From positions 2,914,001 to 2,978,000 of the forward strand of contig MU054212.1 of the NCBI GenBank assembly GCA_013239625.1: a stretch of DNA of 64,000 nucleotides, given 5' to 3'. The notes beneath the pieces are model-generated. The model saw nothing but the letters and a program-made list of their open reading frames with translations, made no database searches and was not told where the DNA came from. Positions 37,137-50,410 of this stretch are shown piece after piece; the stretch's first letter is position 1; every line of letters starts with the position of its first letter. This DNA is from Lama guanicoe (lineage: Eukaryota). The position numbers were made by a program, and so were the translations under genes.

Positions 37137-38296
37137 AAGAAATAGATTATGTCTTGAGTCCTGTTAATTCAGGGCCCAGAAACAGGCATTGCAATAACCC
37201 ACAGAGCTCATTATATCAGCCAAGAGGAATGGACGCTGTCAACCGCTGTACAGAGACGCGTATCCTAGCTGGAACTTCTCAGCGATCCTCTCCCGCGCTT
37301 TGTCCAGGGAGAAGAGTCTCACAGTAGTCAGCGTAACTAACAATTTAGCTTTTGAAATAGAATATGGGAAAGTCAGGATAAAGAAGTCAGTGTCTTTTGG
37401 CCCACTGGATACTTACTGAGCTAAAAATACGAGAAACCAAAGGGGATGTTTTGTAAATAATGAGAGATATTTTAAGTAGCCAACAATATAATTTTAATGC
37501 ATTTAATTTTTCAAACTATACCACAGTCTCCTGTGTGGGAGAGAATGGTTTTGGCCTTTAGAATGTGGTATCCAAGTCTTCCATATGTTGGTGATAATTG
37601 AGCCAAAAGTTGGACCGGGCAATAAGAGGGTGTGGGTGGAAAAGAGAACTTAGCTTAATGCATTTGTTTTCACTCCAAACACTGCAGCTGTGAGCTTGGG
37701 GTTAAGCAATGAGAGGCCCATAGACAAGGAGAGAGAAAGGGAGAGAGGAAAAGAGAAAGAAAAAAAAGGAAGAAAGGAAGAAAGACAGAAAGTCTCTGTG
37801 AACTTCTCAAGCATAACCCTTCTCAACACAGCACAAGTCCCCAGTGCTCCTGCGTGGACCATTTCTCCCTATGTGTAGGTACCAAGAGTGTGCGAATGAG
37901 GGAAACAGTGCTGAACTTGGATGAATAAGAACACCTCAGTTAAGAAAAACCCTCTGCCACTCCCTGTGGCCTTGAGCAAATCATCTGTCCTTTCTAAATG
38001 CCCTTTTTTCTCATTTGTACAGTAGGTGAGATGGCCATCTGATATGGGATCGTGCAGACGAGGTGAGCGCCCTTGGAAATCTTCACCTGTTACACCAGGG
38101 AGACAGATTCTCACAGGTTTCAAAGAAGATACCCCTCCAAGGAGGTTAGTAGAAAGGATCGGTTGCTGAAGCAGCAACTTGGGCGTACTTGGCTTCGTCA
38201 GGCCTCCCTGGTGATGGATTCCGGTGTCTGCATGATTTCCTACCAAGTGGGCTGGAGCTCATGATCCAGGGACTGGGTATCTTCCACCTACCACTT

Positions 38297-38443
38297 TTTT
38301 TTTAATCCTTTTTTTCCCGGGGCGGGGTGGTGGTGGTGGTAATTAGGTTTATTTATTTTTTAGTGGAGGAGGTACTGGGGATTAAACCCAGAACCTCCGG
38401 CGTGGTAAGCATGCGCTCTACTACTTGAGCCATACCCTCCCCC
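38297..38443 (-). mobile_element. tRNA-derived SINE (Vic-1-like) with 14-bp TSD
   Basis: TSD tccacctaccactt at 38283-38296 and 38444-38457. Confidence 0.9.
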
Positions 38444-38810
38444 TCCACCTACCACTTCTAACTGCGTCTTTAAAGAACCGCAAGTCAAGGACTCAAGGAA
38501 ACACGTTATCAGAATCCACAATGCTTCGATCTTGATCTTTATCTTTCTCAGACGCTCAGGGCCTCTGACTAAAATAACTGTGAATGGAAAAGGATTTTAA
38601 GGCAAGAAAATGTTCGAGGAATGACCCTGTGAACCGATCCTGTTAGGTCCTCTGTAGGACTTTATGTGCAAGTCCACTTCTCACACAACTCTCAAATTCT
38701 CACTCAATTATTCTCTAGTTGGTAGAATTAACACAACTGACATTGTCCTGGTCTCCAATTTTCAGTCCTAGAAAAAAATTTAGCTTTGATATGTTGTGAA
38801 TATAGGCCTT

Positions 38811-39566
38811 TGTTGTTGGGACACTGTGATTTTTAAGAAGTGTCTATTTGGTCTTCACCCCCATTTCTGGCACCTAGCTCCTAAAAACACGGAATTTCAT
38901 ACAGAGAACAATAAGGGTGTCTTTTGTTACGTTAATGAGATGACTTTTAGACCTCACTTAAGGATGGGGGCTGGCTGCCAGGAGAACCAATCATGTAAGC
39001 AGAGGGTTGAAACTTTCACCACTCCACCACCCCTCTTCTGGGAGGGGAGAAGGGGCTAGAGGTTGAATATATCACCAGTGTGTAATGACTTAATCAATCC
39101 TGCCTATGTGATGAAGCCTCGAGAAAAACCTGAAAGGATGGGGTCCGGAGAGCTTCCGGGTAGGTGAACAGGTGGAGATGCGGGGAGAGCCGTGCACCTG
39201 GATGGGGCTGGACGCTCCGAGCCCTTCCCCCATACCTTGCCCTGTGTGTCTCTTCCATCTGGCTTGTTTCTGACTTAAATCCTTTTTGTAATAAACTGGT
39301 AATCTTGTAAGGTAAAATGTTTCTCTGAGTTCTGTGAGCCATCCCAGCAAATTAACCGAACCCAAGGAGAAGGCTGACAACCTGGATTGTGACTGGCGTC
39401 TGAAGGTGGGGCGGGCTTTTGGGGGCAGTCTTGTAGGACTGAGCCCTTCCCCTGTGGGATCTGACACCGTCTCCTGGTGGATATGACAGCCAGCTGGTTG
39501 ATGTCTGAGAGCTGCTTATTGGTGTAGAGAACCCCCTACCCCCAACATGTTGGAGCTGGGTGCAGA
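38811..39566 (+). mobile_element. MER21-like solo LTR
   Basis: ttctggcacctagctcctaaaa, agagggttgaaactttca, taatcaatcctgcctatgtgatgaagcctc, aataaa poly(A) signal near 39290, gggactgagccct-like 3' part. Confidence 0.75.
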
Positions 39567-40969
39567 GCCTTCTCATTTACAAACTACTTAGTGTGTCCTA
39601 AGTAGCTGTCTAACTCCATTTGGATAAGAAATGTATCAGATGCTGCCTGTGTTCCTACTCCATTCTTCCTCTTACACTGTTTCCTCAACAACTGTCCCAA
39701 AGTGTTGCTTATTTCTTCATAGATTTTACTGCTGATTATAAAAAGACTATATGCTCGCTTAATTTGGAAAGAGAAAAGTGTAAAGAGGAAAATGAATAAT
39801 TTCCATAATATTACTTCCCGGCAATACCACTGATAACATTTTGGTGATGCTACCTGCCTGTCTGTGGGGGTGATACGGATGTGTTGTGGCTGATCCTGCA
39901 GTTGTTTAAGGACAGCCATTTCTCCCCATTTCCACTGCTCTTAGAACTTGATCATGCTCGGGCTTCTCAGAGCTGCGTGCTTGAGCGGGCCTGCTGGAGC
40001 CATTCTCAGATCTCACGGTGCTGGGCCAATGATTGCCTTATAAGGCCTGGGTGATGGGACCAGAGGAGATGTCTGCGGATGGGTGGGGGGCCTGTAAAAT
40101 AGAAGCCTGGGAGGGAATCCCTTCTGCACTGACGCGGGCAGTCTCTGCGTCTTCAGGTCATAAGGGAAGACGATGCCAGAGCTGGGAATGGCAGTGTGGA
40201 GGAAGGAAGAGCCCCTCCCTTCTCGATGGGCCATCGCGGTCCCGGACTCCCAAACACCGTCTCTGGGCTTCCTGTCCTGTGGGATCACAAGTGGCCATCT
40301 TTTGTAAGTCACGTTTAGTTGTGTGTCTGTTACTTATAGCCCAAGTCGTACCACCTACCCCGTACTCACTCTCAACAGTGTATTGTGTGCGCTTTCCTTG
40401 CCGTAAAATGGTCTTCAAAAGCAAACCCTGCAAAATTGGAGTAATTGGTTTGCTTGTTTCCCACAGGACTTTGAGCTCTTTGAGTGCAGAGATTTGGGTT
40501 CTTTGTTGAGATTTTATTTATTGTGTGAGGGTTTTTTTTTTTTAACTTTCCTCTTTCGTTTTTGTTTTTTGCCCTCACGCTCAGACCCTAGTACTGTATC
40601 TGGCAGGACACGAGCACTGGGATTCTGTGGAATGAGGAAGCTGATGACTGAAAAGCCACCCAGAGTAGGTGACAATCACTGAGCCTGTGCATGGAGTCGG
40701 CAGCTGACCTGTGGGAAGCTGGGCTACCAAAGCCACGTCGGAGCCTGCATTTGCTGCAGGTAAATCTTAGGGAAAACAGCTATGACATGTTTAATCTGAA
40801 GCTGTTTCATGATCGGGATCAAAACTGAAGACTGGATATCGGTATTAAAAACAGAGATACAGGTGTGACCGCCTTTGCTGGATAGCACGCATCCTCACAC
40901 AATAAAATGATGCTCGTCACCTTCTTGACAAGAGAATTCTTCACAAAGCAGTGTTTAAGAATTCATAGA

Positions 40970-41010
40970 ATATATATATATATATATATATATANNNNNN
41001 NNNNNNNNAA

Positions 41011-41041
<31 letters not shown>

Positions 41042-41043
41042 TA
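40970..41043. repeat. (TA)n microsatellite spanning an assembly gap (14 N at 40995-41008)
   Basis: Directly visible in the sequence. Confidence 0.95.
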
Positions 41044-42472
41044 GGAGTGCTGGTGAGTAGTTTGGATGAATGTGGATGGGCCCCCTAATAATTGCTCCCC
41101 TCACCCCATGGCCCTCCGTTCTCAGAACAGCATTCATGCCAGTGATCACTTGATCTGTGTGTGCTTTGCCTGTTCGACCGGAAGCTCTGTGAAGTCAGGG
41201 ACCACGTTTGCCCTCAACTCCTGAACTGTGCACCTTCTAGTCCACACTTTGTTGAATGATGGCTAAAAACTGAGGGAGAAATTCATGGTCACAAAATCCG
41301 AGCTGTCCATGAGCTGATTCTGTGGTTTGGACTGTAAGTGGGGAAAGAGAGGGGAAGGAGGGATGATGTGGGGGGTGGGGGAGTGGAAAACCTGAAGGCA
41401 AAGGAAAGATCCAAACTTTACCTCCCCACCCCCACCCCAGGTATCCTAACAAAATACACTAATATGAAATACGCACAAGGGGGCAGCCCGGAGCTGCAGT
41501 GAGGGCCACTCTGTTGAATATTTTGCTCCTGGAAATGTTATTATTATTATTTTTTTAATAATATCTGTTGACGCAGAATTGGTTGCAAGGACACCTTCTC
41601 TTATTAAAAGGCACTGGAACAGCCAAATCTTTCTTTAACAGTATCATCTTGCATTCCAGAAAACACATTTAATCCACGTTAAGAAGGAACAAAATACTCT
41701 TTGAGGGTCCTTGTTTGCTTTCTGTGGCTCTTTGTGAGGGAAGTAAATTGGTTCCAGAAAGGAACCAAGAAGTTCGTGGATTTCAGACAATCAGTTCCCA
41801 AAGCTTGACCTACACGCCGGTACTGCGCATGGGCTAATGAAAGGGCACTGAACTGTAATTAAAAAAAAAAAATTCTAGTCCAGGTTTTCTCTTTAACTAG
41901 CTGTGTGGCTTTGCGTAAGTCATTTAGCATCTCTGGGACATATTTTTCTTATTTGCAAAATAAAAGGACTTACTAGGGCCAACATTTCTCAATCCAGTAA
42001 AACTATGGATTGCAAGCGATCTGAATTCTCTATTGAAGACCACAGAAGTAAGAACAAAGAGGTGAGGGAGGCAAAGAGGAACCAAGTCATGACAAACTAA
42101 GGGGAAGAGAAGAGGAGGGGAAACAGCTTGGGCTGAGAAAGATGTGCCTCGTTCTGGGAAAGCCCTGGACTAGGGTCTCTCCCAGCTCCAGACTCTGCCT
42201 GGCTCCGGCTTCCTACTTTATATTGTCACTTAGCTGTCCGCCTGAGACTCAGCCTGCCCACGTCAGAGCTGCCGTCTTCTCCCCATAAACCAAGTGTCTT
42301 TCCCAGCATCCCTGCCCATCAACAGCACACCAAACCTCCTCCTACTCACCCGGAACCCAGGCATCCTTGCCAGCCACTGATCCTAAAACTAAAGTCTGGT
42401 GTCAGAAGACAGTAAGGGGTTAACAAATACACGGACTATTATAAATGGTTCTGTAAAGGAAAAAAAGCAATT

Positions 42473-42573
42473 GGGGAGGAGTGGTATAGCTCATGGTAGA
42501 GTGCATGCTTAGCATGCACGAGGTCTTGGGTTCAATCCCCAGTACCTCCATTAAACAAAAGAAAAAAAGAAAA
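42473..42573 (+). mobile_element. tRNA-derived SINE (Vic-1-like)
   Basis: tatagctcatggtagagtgcatgcttagcatgcacgaggtcttgggttcaatccccagtacctcc plus A tail. Confidence 0.9.
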
Positions 42574-43153
42574 GGATTTTTAACAGAAAACAGTGTGCAC
42601 ACGTGTGTGTGTGCCTGTGAGAGTGGGACCTGCTGTGGGTGGCCAGAGGTTTCTCTGAGGTGACATTTAATCTGGGACTGGAGCAGGAGGATGAGGGCTG
42701 CTGAGATGGGTGGGTGAAATGCCTGCAGGGGCACTGGGGCTGCAGAGGGCATGCCCGAGGGCATCAGGGTGATGTGGGTGAGCTGGGGTAGTGAGGGAGC
42801 AAGGAAGGGGCAGGACGCAGGTGGAAGAGGCACATGGCTGTGCTCCAGGGAGATGGCAGGTCATCTTTCATTTAGTCATCTAATTCGTCGTCTCTATCCA
42901 ATCAGTCATCAAATCTGGTTAATCTTTGTTTTTTACCTCTTTCCTGTCTGTTACATCCTTTCATATTTAATTCCAGACCTGATTCTGATCATAATCTCAG
43001 TGCAAGTTTCTTCTGAAGGGCGGAAATAAACCTTCATATATATTTTTTGAACAACTTTACTACACATTAGGTCTAAGGTTATTTTTAGCAAATACCATTT
43101 GGTTGACCAATAACTTTTTACTGGTAAGGTGTGAAGGCACCTGTCATACATAT

Positions 43154-43155
<2 letters not shown>

Positions 43156-43184
<29 letters not shown>
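43156..43184. repeat. (CA)n microsatellite
   Basis: Directly visible in the sequence. Confidence 0.9.
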
Positions 43185-44179
43185 AAGGCACATACACATT
43201 TATATTCATAGACCTGATCTGGATCATAATTTCCTGTGTAGCATCTACATGCAAATTTCTTTTAAAGAGTGGAAATAAATCACATGAGCAACACACATTT
43301 TGTGAACAACTTCATTACAGCTCAACCAGATTCCTTAAAACATGCCAAAGGCGTAAGACGGACAACTTGAAAGTTCTAAAGGAAGCAGTTTGCATCTGGG
43401 AAAAAAAAATTGTAAAAAAGTATCTGAGTGATTTCTTAAGTGGTAAAACCTCCCTTTTTGCCCTTTTTCTTGAGTTTTAAAAACAGCCTAAATGGAATCT
43501 TACTCAACTTTCTACAAGAAAACATACCTTTAGGCTGAGAGACAGCATTAGAAATTTCATCCTGAAGAATTATTTTTGGGGGGGAATGGGGTGGAGTTAT
43601 AAGAGCCTCAAGATAGAGGCTTCTAATTAAATTGCCCTCGCAACCAGAACTGCAGAGCATACGCTATAATCACCACAGTTCAGTTTAAATCTGGGACAGA
43701 ATGATAATTTTGTTAGTTCAGAGGTTTTTAAACTATAGTTCATAACTGCTGGAGAGTTTCCGATGACTTTCCAAAGTTCTGCAAGGCACGGGTGTTTGCT
43801 GGGGGACCAGGGGACCTGCAGCAAATGAATAAATAAGGCAGATTTCACAGTCTCAGGAAGTTTAAGTAGGTCTCAGATGAGATGAGATCAGGAAGACGAT
43901 CAGGAGGTGCTGCGGTTGTCTTTCTGGCTTTGCAGATGGCAACCAATCCACGGCGCAGTATTAGGGAGGAAGTTTTGAATGCTTTTCCTACTAATGGTAA
44001 AGCATTTGCCCTTATTCACCCGCATCCTTCATCCCAGTTCATCTGCAGTGTGGGCTTGGGAAGTCAAAGCTGATGATTGGATGAGTAAAAGGGAAAAGGA
44101 GGAGATAGGTCCAACCCACAGTCTTGGCCTCAGCCCTTCAAGCTAACCCACTGAGCTAACCAGTCACAGGCAAAAACGG

Positions 44180-44585
44180 ATCATTCATTCACTCATTCAC
44201 TTAGTCAATAACCTTGATTGAGTGCCATGTTGCAAGGGGATACCGAGGCAGAAAATGTGCACAGAATCAAGAAGCTTATACTCTAGGGGGAGTAGACGTT
44301 AATGGGTAAACAATCAAGTAATATGTTAATTAAAACTGTAATAAGCTAAGACAGAAATGTCAAGATTTACTGAGAGCACAGAACACAGGAACTGGGTCTT
44401 ATTGAGCTGTGGGTCCAGGAAAAGCTGTCCTGTGAGAGAGATATTTAAACCAGAATCTCAAGGATAAGGAGGAACATTGACCATTGTGGGATCAGCATTC
44501 CAATCAGAGGGAACAGCATGGGCAAAGTCCCTGAGGTCAGAAAGAGCTTGGCCCTTCCAAGGAACAGAAAGGAGCCCAATGTGTC
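44180..44585. mobile_element. L2 fragment
   Basis: cattcattcactcattca...agagggaacagcatgggcaaagtccctgagg. Confidence 0.7.
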
Positions 44586-44590
44586 TACAG

Positions 44591-44830
44591 CAGTGGTTCC
44601 CGAAGTGTGGTCCACAGGGTCCTGGAGACCCTCTCAGGAAGTCAGGAAGGTCACAACTGTATTCATGATAGCACTGAGATATGTGCTGTTTGCTGTTTTC
44701 ACTGTGTCGACATTTACACAAGTGGTGCCAAAGCATTGGTGGGTAAAATTGCTCGTGCCTTGCTGATAATAAAGGACACCGAACAGCACCCGCAGTCACT
44801 GTTTTTCACTGCCACACACTCAGTTTAAAA
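44591..44830. mobile_element. Charlie-type hAT terminus
   Basis: CAGTGGTTCCCGAAGTGTGGTCC...gagaccctctcagg. Confidence 0.65.
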
Positions 44831-44849
44831 AATGCCTCAACAAGAACAT

Positions 44850-46250
44850 TCTTAAGGGTCACAAACAAAGTCTGAACAAATGGAAAGATATACTACCTTC
44901 TTAGATAAGAAGGTGAAATATCACAAAATCATTCAATCTCTCAAAAAACAGATAAATATAATAGCATTATAATTACAGTTGCATAGTTTTTTTCTTTCCC
45001 CTTTGGAGTAGGAGAAGAGGCTGGATAAATGACTTTAAACTCATATGAAAGAATAAAGGCTCAAGTATCTAAAATAGAACAGTAACAGGGAAATTGCCTG
45101 ACCAGACATCAGAGTCTAATATGAAATCATGAAATAAACATGGTATTGGTATGAGAATGAGAAATAGGTCAGTAGAAACGAAAAAAGAATCCAGAAATAA
45201 TGTTGTATATGAGAATTTAATATATATTATATATCAAATGTGGTGGCTCAAGTTAGTGGGAAAATAATAAATTATTTTTAAAAGGATACCAGTATAACTG
45301 CCATCCATCAGAAATAAAACAAAATTACACCATATACCAAAATACATTCTCCAGAGATTAGCCTTGTAGTAAACAACAAAACAGAACAAAATATTGCAGC
45401 AATATCTAAGGGGACTCTGTGTACAATCTAGGGACAAGGAAACCTTAACAAGATTGGAAAACACAGAGACTATAAAAGAAAAGATATATCTGCCCACATT
45501 AAAAATGTATATGGTGAAAGGCATAATCAGATTCAGAACTCAAATGATAAATTTGTGAAAAAAAATACTTGTAATGACAAGTACTTAACTAATTTATATA
45601 ATATTTATATCAATTAATATAGTATAGAAATCAATTATATGTAATTAATAGAGGAATTAATTTACATAATACAGAAAGATTTTTATAAGTTGGCAACCCA
45701 ATAGAAAAATGATCAAGAAATATGGAAAGGCAATTTATAGAAGCACAAATCCAGACAGCCAACAAATGTACAAAAAAAAAAAAGCTTGAATTTACCATAG
45801 TTGGGGAAATGCAAATAAAAGCAATAAGATATCACTTCATGATCAGCAGGCCAGTCAAAATTAGAAACAACTACAACATATATTTTTGGTGGAAATGTAA
45901 ATTTTGCAGCTTTTGGGGAAAGAAATCTAGCATTATATATTAAAATTTAAAATATATGTACGCAGAAGAATAGATAAACCACTGTAGTACACGCATACAA
46001 TGGAACACCACTCAGCGATAGAAAGGACTTGTTCTACCTGCTGCAACAACATGGTTCAATCTCAAAACCACTATGCTGACAAAACAATCCAGACACACAA
46101 AGTGTCTAGACTCTATGATTCCGTTTATGCCAGCTTCTTAAACAGGAAGAACTCATCTACAGTATTAGAATATACGTATCAAGATGTTTCATTAGAGCAC
46201 TACTCAGGGTGGTAAAAAACTAAAAAGAAATCGAATCCTCGTTAGTACAG
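44850..46250 (+). mobile_element. Old L1 ORF2/3' fragments
   Basis: aacaaatggaaagatatac, tggtattggtatgag, caacccaatagaaaaatg, gaaatgcaaataaaagcaa. Confidence 0.7.
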
Positions 46251-46839
46251 AATGAATGATTCTATCACAGTAATCCCCATGAAGACTAGCATACAGACCA
46301 TGAGAAAGGAAGGAACAGGTATACCAGTTGGCTTGGAGGGGTTTCTACAAAGTATTGCTGATAAGCAAGGGGCAGGAGAGTGTTTGCAGTAGAATCCCGT
46401 GTTTGTGAAACAATGACTCCATCCCCGTATGTAAATGTGTCTGCACTTTATATGCATGTGTCTGCAGTGTCTGTGGTGTCCGTATCTCGTATCTTGTTAC
46501 AGGAATATGAAGGAAGATACGGAAGATGGTGTCAGGTATGTTAACGCAGATAACAAGGGGAAGGGAATGGAAGGAAAAGGGAAAAGGGCACCAAGCTAAA
46601 AGAGAAAAGAATGGGTTAAAAGCAACAGGATGGACGCTATGATTACATCAGTGCATTGGTGTGTTTAAAGTTTTTATTTATAGAGGACTCCTCAGAGAAA
46701 ATGCTGTCTCTCTTGTACATATTTTGAATTTTCAGCAGGGGGTTAAACTAGACCTTTGGAACTAGGTTTTTGGACTACATCCTATTGGTCCTTCTATATT
46801 TGCACTTGAAAATTAAGTAAATTGAACAGAACGGTAGCC

Positions 46840-46960
46840 TCCTCTGTTTTACAGAGAAGAAACCAGAGCTGTAAAGCTTAATTGACTCGCCCAAAGGAGC
46901 ACAGCTAGGAAGTGGCAAACCATAGATTTGAACCCAGGCTGTCTAACTCCAGAAGCCACA
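46840..46960 (-). mobile_element. MIR SINE
   Basis: ttttacagagaagaaaacc...acagctaggaagtggca...gatttgaacccaggctgtct. Confidence 0.75.
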
Positions 46961-47403
46961 CACACACCCCCCTCTCAGTATGTGTTAAGTGCTTCCTAAC
47001 AGTTGAGCAGAAGTGATGAGACGCACATCTTGGGGGGAAAATTTCAAACGGTGCTGAGAGACTCAGAAAGCAGGAGGAATAATATTTGAAAAAAACAATC
47101 CACACTGAACAAAAATATCAAAATTTTCAATAAAGCCAGGATCCCACCCGTACTTGCACAGCTGGGCCTCCCGTGCCTCACCCGAGCGAATCCCAGTTCC
47201 TCTGGATCTTGTCTTTCTTGAAAATTTTGGTATTTTTCTCATCATGGGTATTTTTACACTCGTTTTGATGAATTATATTAATATGACATTACTATACTAT
47301 GTACCTTGATTACTGAGTTTTTTGGCGCCTCCTTAAATGCTGTGCCTTCCTCAGTCATGCTGCCCCCGAGTCTGAGTACGTGGCACAAGAACTGAAGCTA
47401 GAG

Positions 47404-47545
47404 CAGTGCTTCTCTCACGTGTTAAAAACCACATTCGCACTGGGTCAGTCTGGGGTGGGGCGCGAGAGCCCGCACTTCTAACAAGCCCCCCAGGTGGTGC
47501 TCCCGGTCCCGGTCCAGGGGACCCCTGGCTCTGAGCAGTGAGGAG
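47404..47545. mobile_element. MER5A-like hAT MITE, GC-enriched
   Basis: cagtgcttctc...tctggggtggggc...cacttctaacaagcccccaggtg. Confidence 0.65.
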
Positions 47546-47960
47546 CCGTCGAGCAGGACCCAGGGTGAACAGGTCAGAAAGACTGAGATGCACCACAATG
47601 ATGACCGGGCCCTGTCCAGCCGCAGCACTGTCGTGAGCATTCGCATCTTCCCGATTAGCCCTGTAAAACGGCTTCTGTTAGACCGACACTCATCACACAA
47701 AGCTAGATTATTCCGCTTGCTGCAGGAGAGAACCACACCACGGAGCCACAGGGGGGAGGTGGAGGGGTTTGTTATGGGATCTGGTCTTGCGCTGGGGGGA
47801 GTCTCAGGAGGGCTAAGGACCTGGGTGCCATCCAGGCACAAGGGCAACTCGACAATTGGGCAGCTTGTAATTTTTTTTCTTTTCGGTCCAGGAAGAGGAT
47901 TAACGTGGGAAGAAGTTAGAGAAGCAGTAGTTGCAGTTACAGTTAATCATAAGAGGGGGA

Positions 47961-48221
47961 ACCTAATAGATACACAAGGACCTACTGTAGAGCACAGGGA
48001 ACTATATTCAATACCTTGTAATGGTCTGTAATGAAAAAGAACAGGAAGAGGAATATGTATGCATATACATACGTATCACTGAATCACTGTGCTGTGCTCC
48101 AGAAACTAACACAGCATTGTAAACCGACTATACTGCAATTTTTAAAAAAAAATGACAGGAACTAACACAACATTGTAAATCAGCTATACTTCAATGAAAA
48201 TGATAATAAATTTTTAAAAAG
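47961..48221 (+). mobile_element. L1 3' end with two tandem termini, 10-bp TSD
   Basis: aactaacaca..cattgtaaa..ctatact..aa occurs twice; aagaggggga at 47951-47960 and 48222-48231. Confidence 0.8.
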
Positions 48222-48814
48222 AAGAGGGGGACGTTAATTATGTTTGCGGCTGCAAGTGAGCTTCTGTTTTGTGTCCTGAGTGACCCCATTGCTGGTTTGT
48301 CCCAGCAGCCACGCAGTGACCTTGTCTGATTACTGGTTTTATTCTGTGAGTGATGTTTAGCTCCTTTAGGGACACTGTGGCCAGTGCCGTCCAGATTTGG
48401 GCAAGCTGGGCCCCCGCTCCGGCCCCGTGCCTCAGAGGGCCCTTCACGTCGGAGCAACTTCCTCGGGATTTTCCAAGCCCCTCCCTGGTGCTGGGACTGG
48501 CCAGGGCTGCAGTGGCATCACCCCGGGGGCACCCTAAGCTCGGCCTGGGACTGACCTTTCTCCCCTTCAGAGCACCCTGTGAATCTGCCCTCAGCAGGGG
48601 TCCTCCTGATGCCCTGCGGGGCTCGAGGGCCCATGCCCAGGTGGTCCTCCGTGGGCTGTGTGTGGACACCTGTGCCCGGCGAGCACATCTTTCCCACGGG
48701 CTGAGACAGAATTCTTCCTGCACAACTCTGTGAAACTGAGCTGCCAGACTGGTGCTGATCGGGAGTAACTAGTTTTTTTTCACATTTAGTGTTTTGTTTA
48801 TCTTTGATGCATAT

Positions 48815-49215
48815 TTTAATTTAAAAATTTCAGCTCTATTGAGGTGTAATTGACAAATGAAGATTGGAAGATATTTAAAATGAACATCGTGATAATTTGC
48901 TGTATGTAGACATTGTAAAAGCATCCCCCCAATCTGGTTAATTAACACATTTATCACCTTACACATTTGTCTCTTTTTTTTGGTGAGAACATTTAAGTTC
49001 TACTCTCTCAGCAAATCTCATTACACAATAAGTGTTATCAACTACAGTCGCCATGTTTCACAGTAGATCTTCAGACCTTACTCACTGTAGAGCTGAAAGT
49101 TTGTGCCCTTTAACTAAGTTCTCCTTATCTCCCCCAACCCCCAAGCCCCCAGCAGCCACTTTTCTACTCTCTGTTCCTGTGAGTTCGACTTTTTTTTTTC
49201 AAAGATTCCACTCAG
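48815..49215 (-). mobile_element. L1MA-type 3' UTR
   Basis: attgaggtgtaattgacaaa...gtgagaacatttaagttctactctc...ctgaaagtttgtgccctt. Confidence 0.8.
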
Positions 49216-50194
49216 ATTGCTTACACAGACAGGGTCCCACAAAGTATATTTGCCTGAGGTCTCACACATCCAAGGGCTGGACCCATCACAGCTGCCCGGG
49301 GCCATTTTTCACCTCAACTGCTACCACTCCCATTACACAGAAAAGGAAACCGAGGCTCACAGAGGTTAAGCCTCACCCTGGTGATTCCCTGGCTGGATCG
49401 TGGTGAAGCAGGGACTTGGACTCCAGTGAGTTTGTAACCCACACGCTGCCTCGCCCATCTGGCCAAATCCAAGGGCACCTTGGATGAGTCCAGCCCCAGC
49501 GGCTGTGCTGCGAAGACTGCTGACATTTGGAAGAACAGGGCTCCTGCTTTTTCAAATTGCTTACATGGTTTTTGTTTGTTTTGGGTTTTTTTTTTTCCTG
49601 TGAGGTACTTAGAAATCTCCACGCACCTTCCACACATGGCTCTTTTGCTCCCTTCTCCTCCTGACTCCATGTCCTTTGGACCATTACCAGCTAGGGGTGC
49701 CACGTGCTCCTTCTGCGCCCCAGTCCAGATCTGTCACAGAACGATGGAAACGCTCTAGAGCGTTAACTTTGGCTTCCTGTGAATGCTAGAGACTGTGAAC
49801 AACGAAGGATGTTCTCTCAAATGGCACGGGGACTATCCAGATTGCTGGGGGTGGTGCTGAGGCTAGCTGTGAGGAGGAGGTGCCTGCGTGGGGGCAGGAA
49901 AGAGAGACGTGTTAAATCTTCTATTATGGGGTGGGCAGTGTCCCTAAAGGAGCATCCAGGGTGGGCACCCTCCCCGATGCCGATTTTAAGAACAAGAAAC
50001 AGAGGGGAGGTGGCCCATGACTAAGAGGCTCTGTAATCTTTCAGCGGAGGGAGGAAGCCCTGTCACTTCAGTGCGATAAGGCTTGTTTTCTGCTCTTTCC
50101 GGAATCTGCAGATTCCAGAACACAAAGAATTAGGAAGGCTCCTCTCTGTGAGTTCAGTGTTCAGTCTACCTTAGAAGCAGTATCTATAATGCAA

Positions 50195-50410
50195 ACAGCA
50201 CTGTCTTTGGGGTCTACTGACCTGGGCTGGAATCCCAGCTCTGCCAGTACACGTGTGACCCTATGAAAGTTACATAAAACCCCTGTGCCTCAGTTTTCTC
50301 ATCTGAAGAATGGGGATAATCATTCCTTCCTCAAACGGTTTGTTGTGAGGACTGAATAAGATGATGGTGGTACAGCGCCTGGTACAGAGGACACTGTAGC
50401 TAACATTATC
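50195..50410 (+). mobile_element. MIR SINE
   Basis: aatcccagctctgcca...ctgtgcctcagttttctcatctgaagaatggggataat...gttgtgagga. Confidence 0.85.

Noticed and set aside
42473..42573. tRNA-Ala-like sequences (also at 8234, 10375, 24371 and 38297) as tRNA genes
   Set aside because: A-rich tails, TSDs, divergence and multiple dispersed copies identify them as SINEs.
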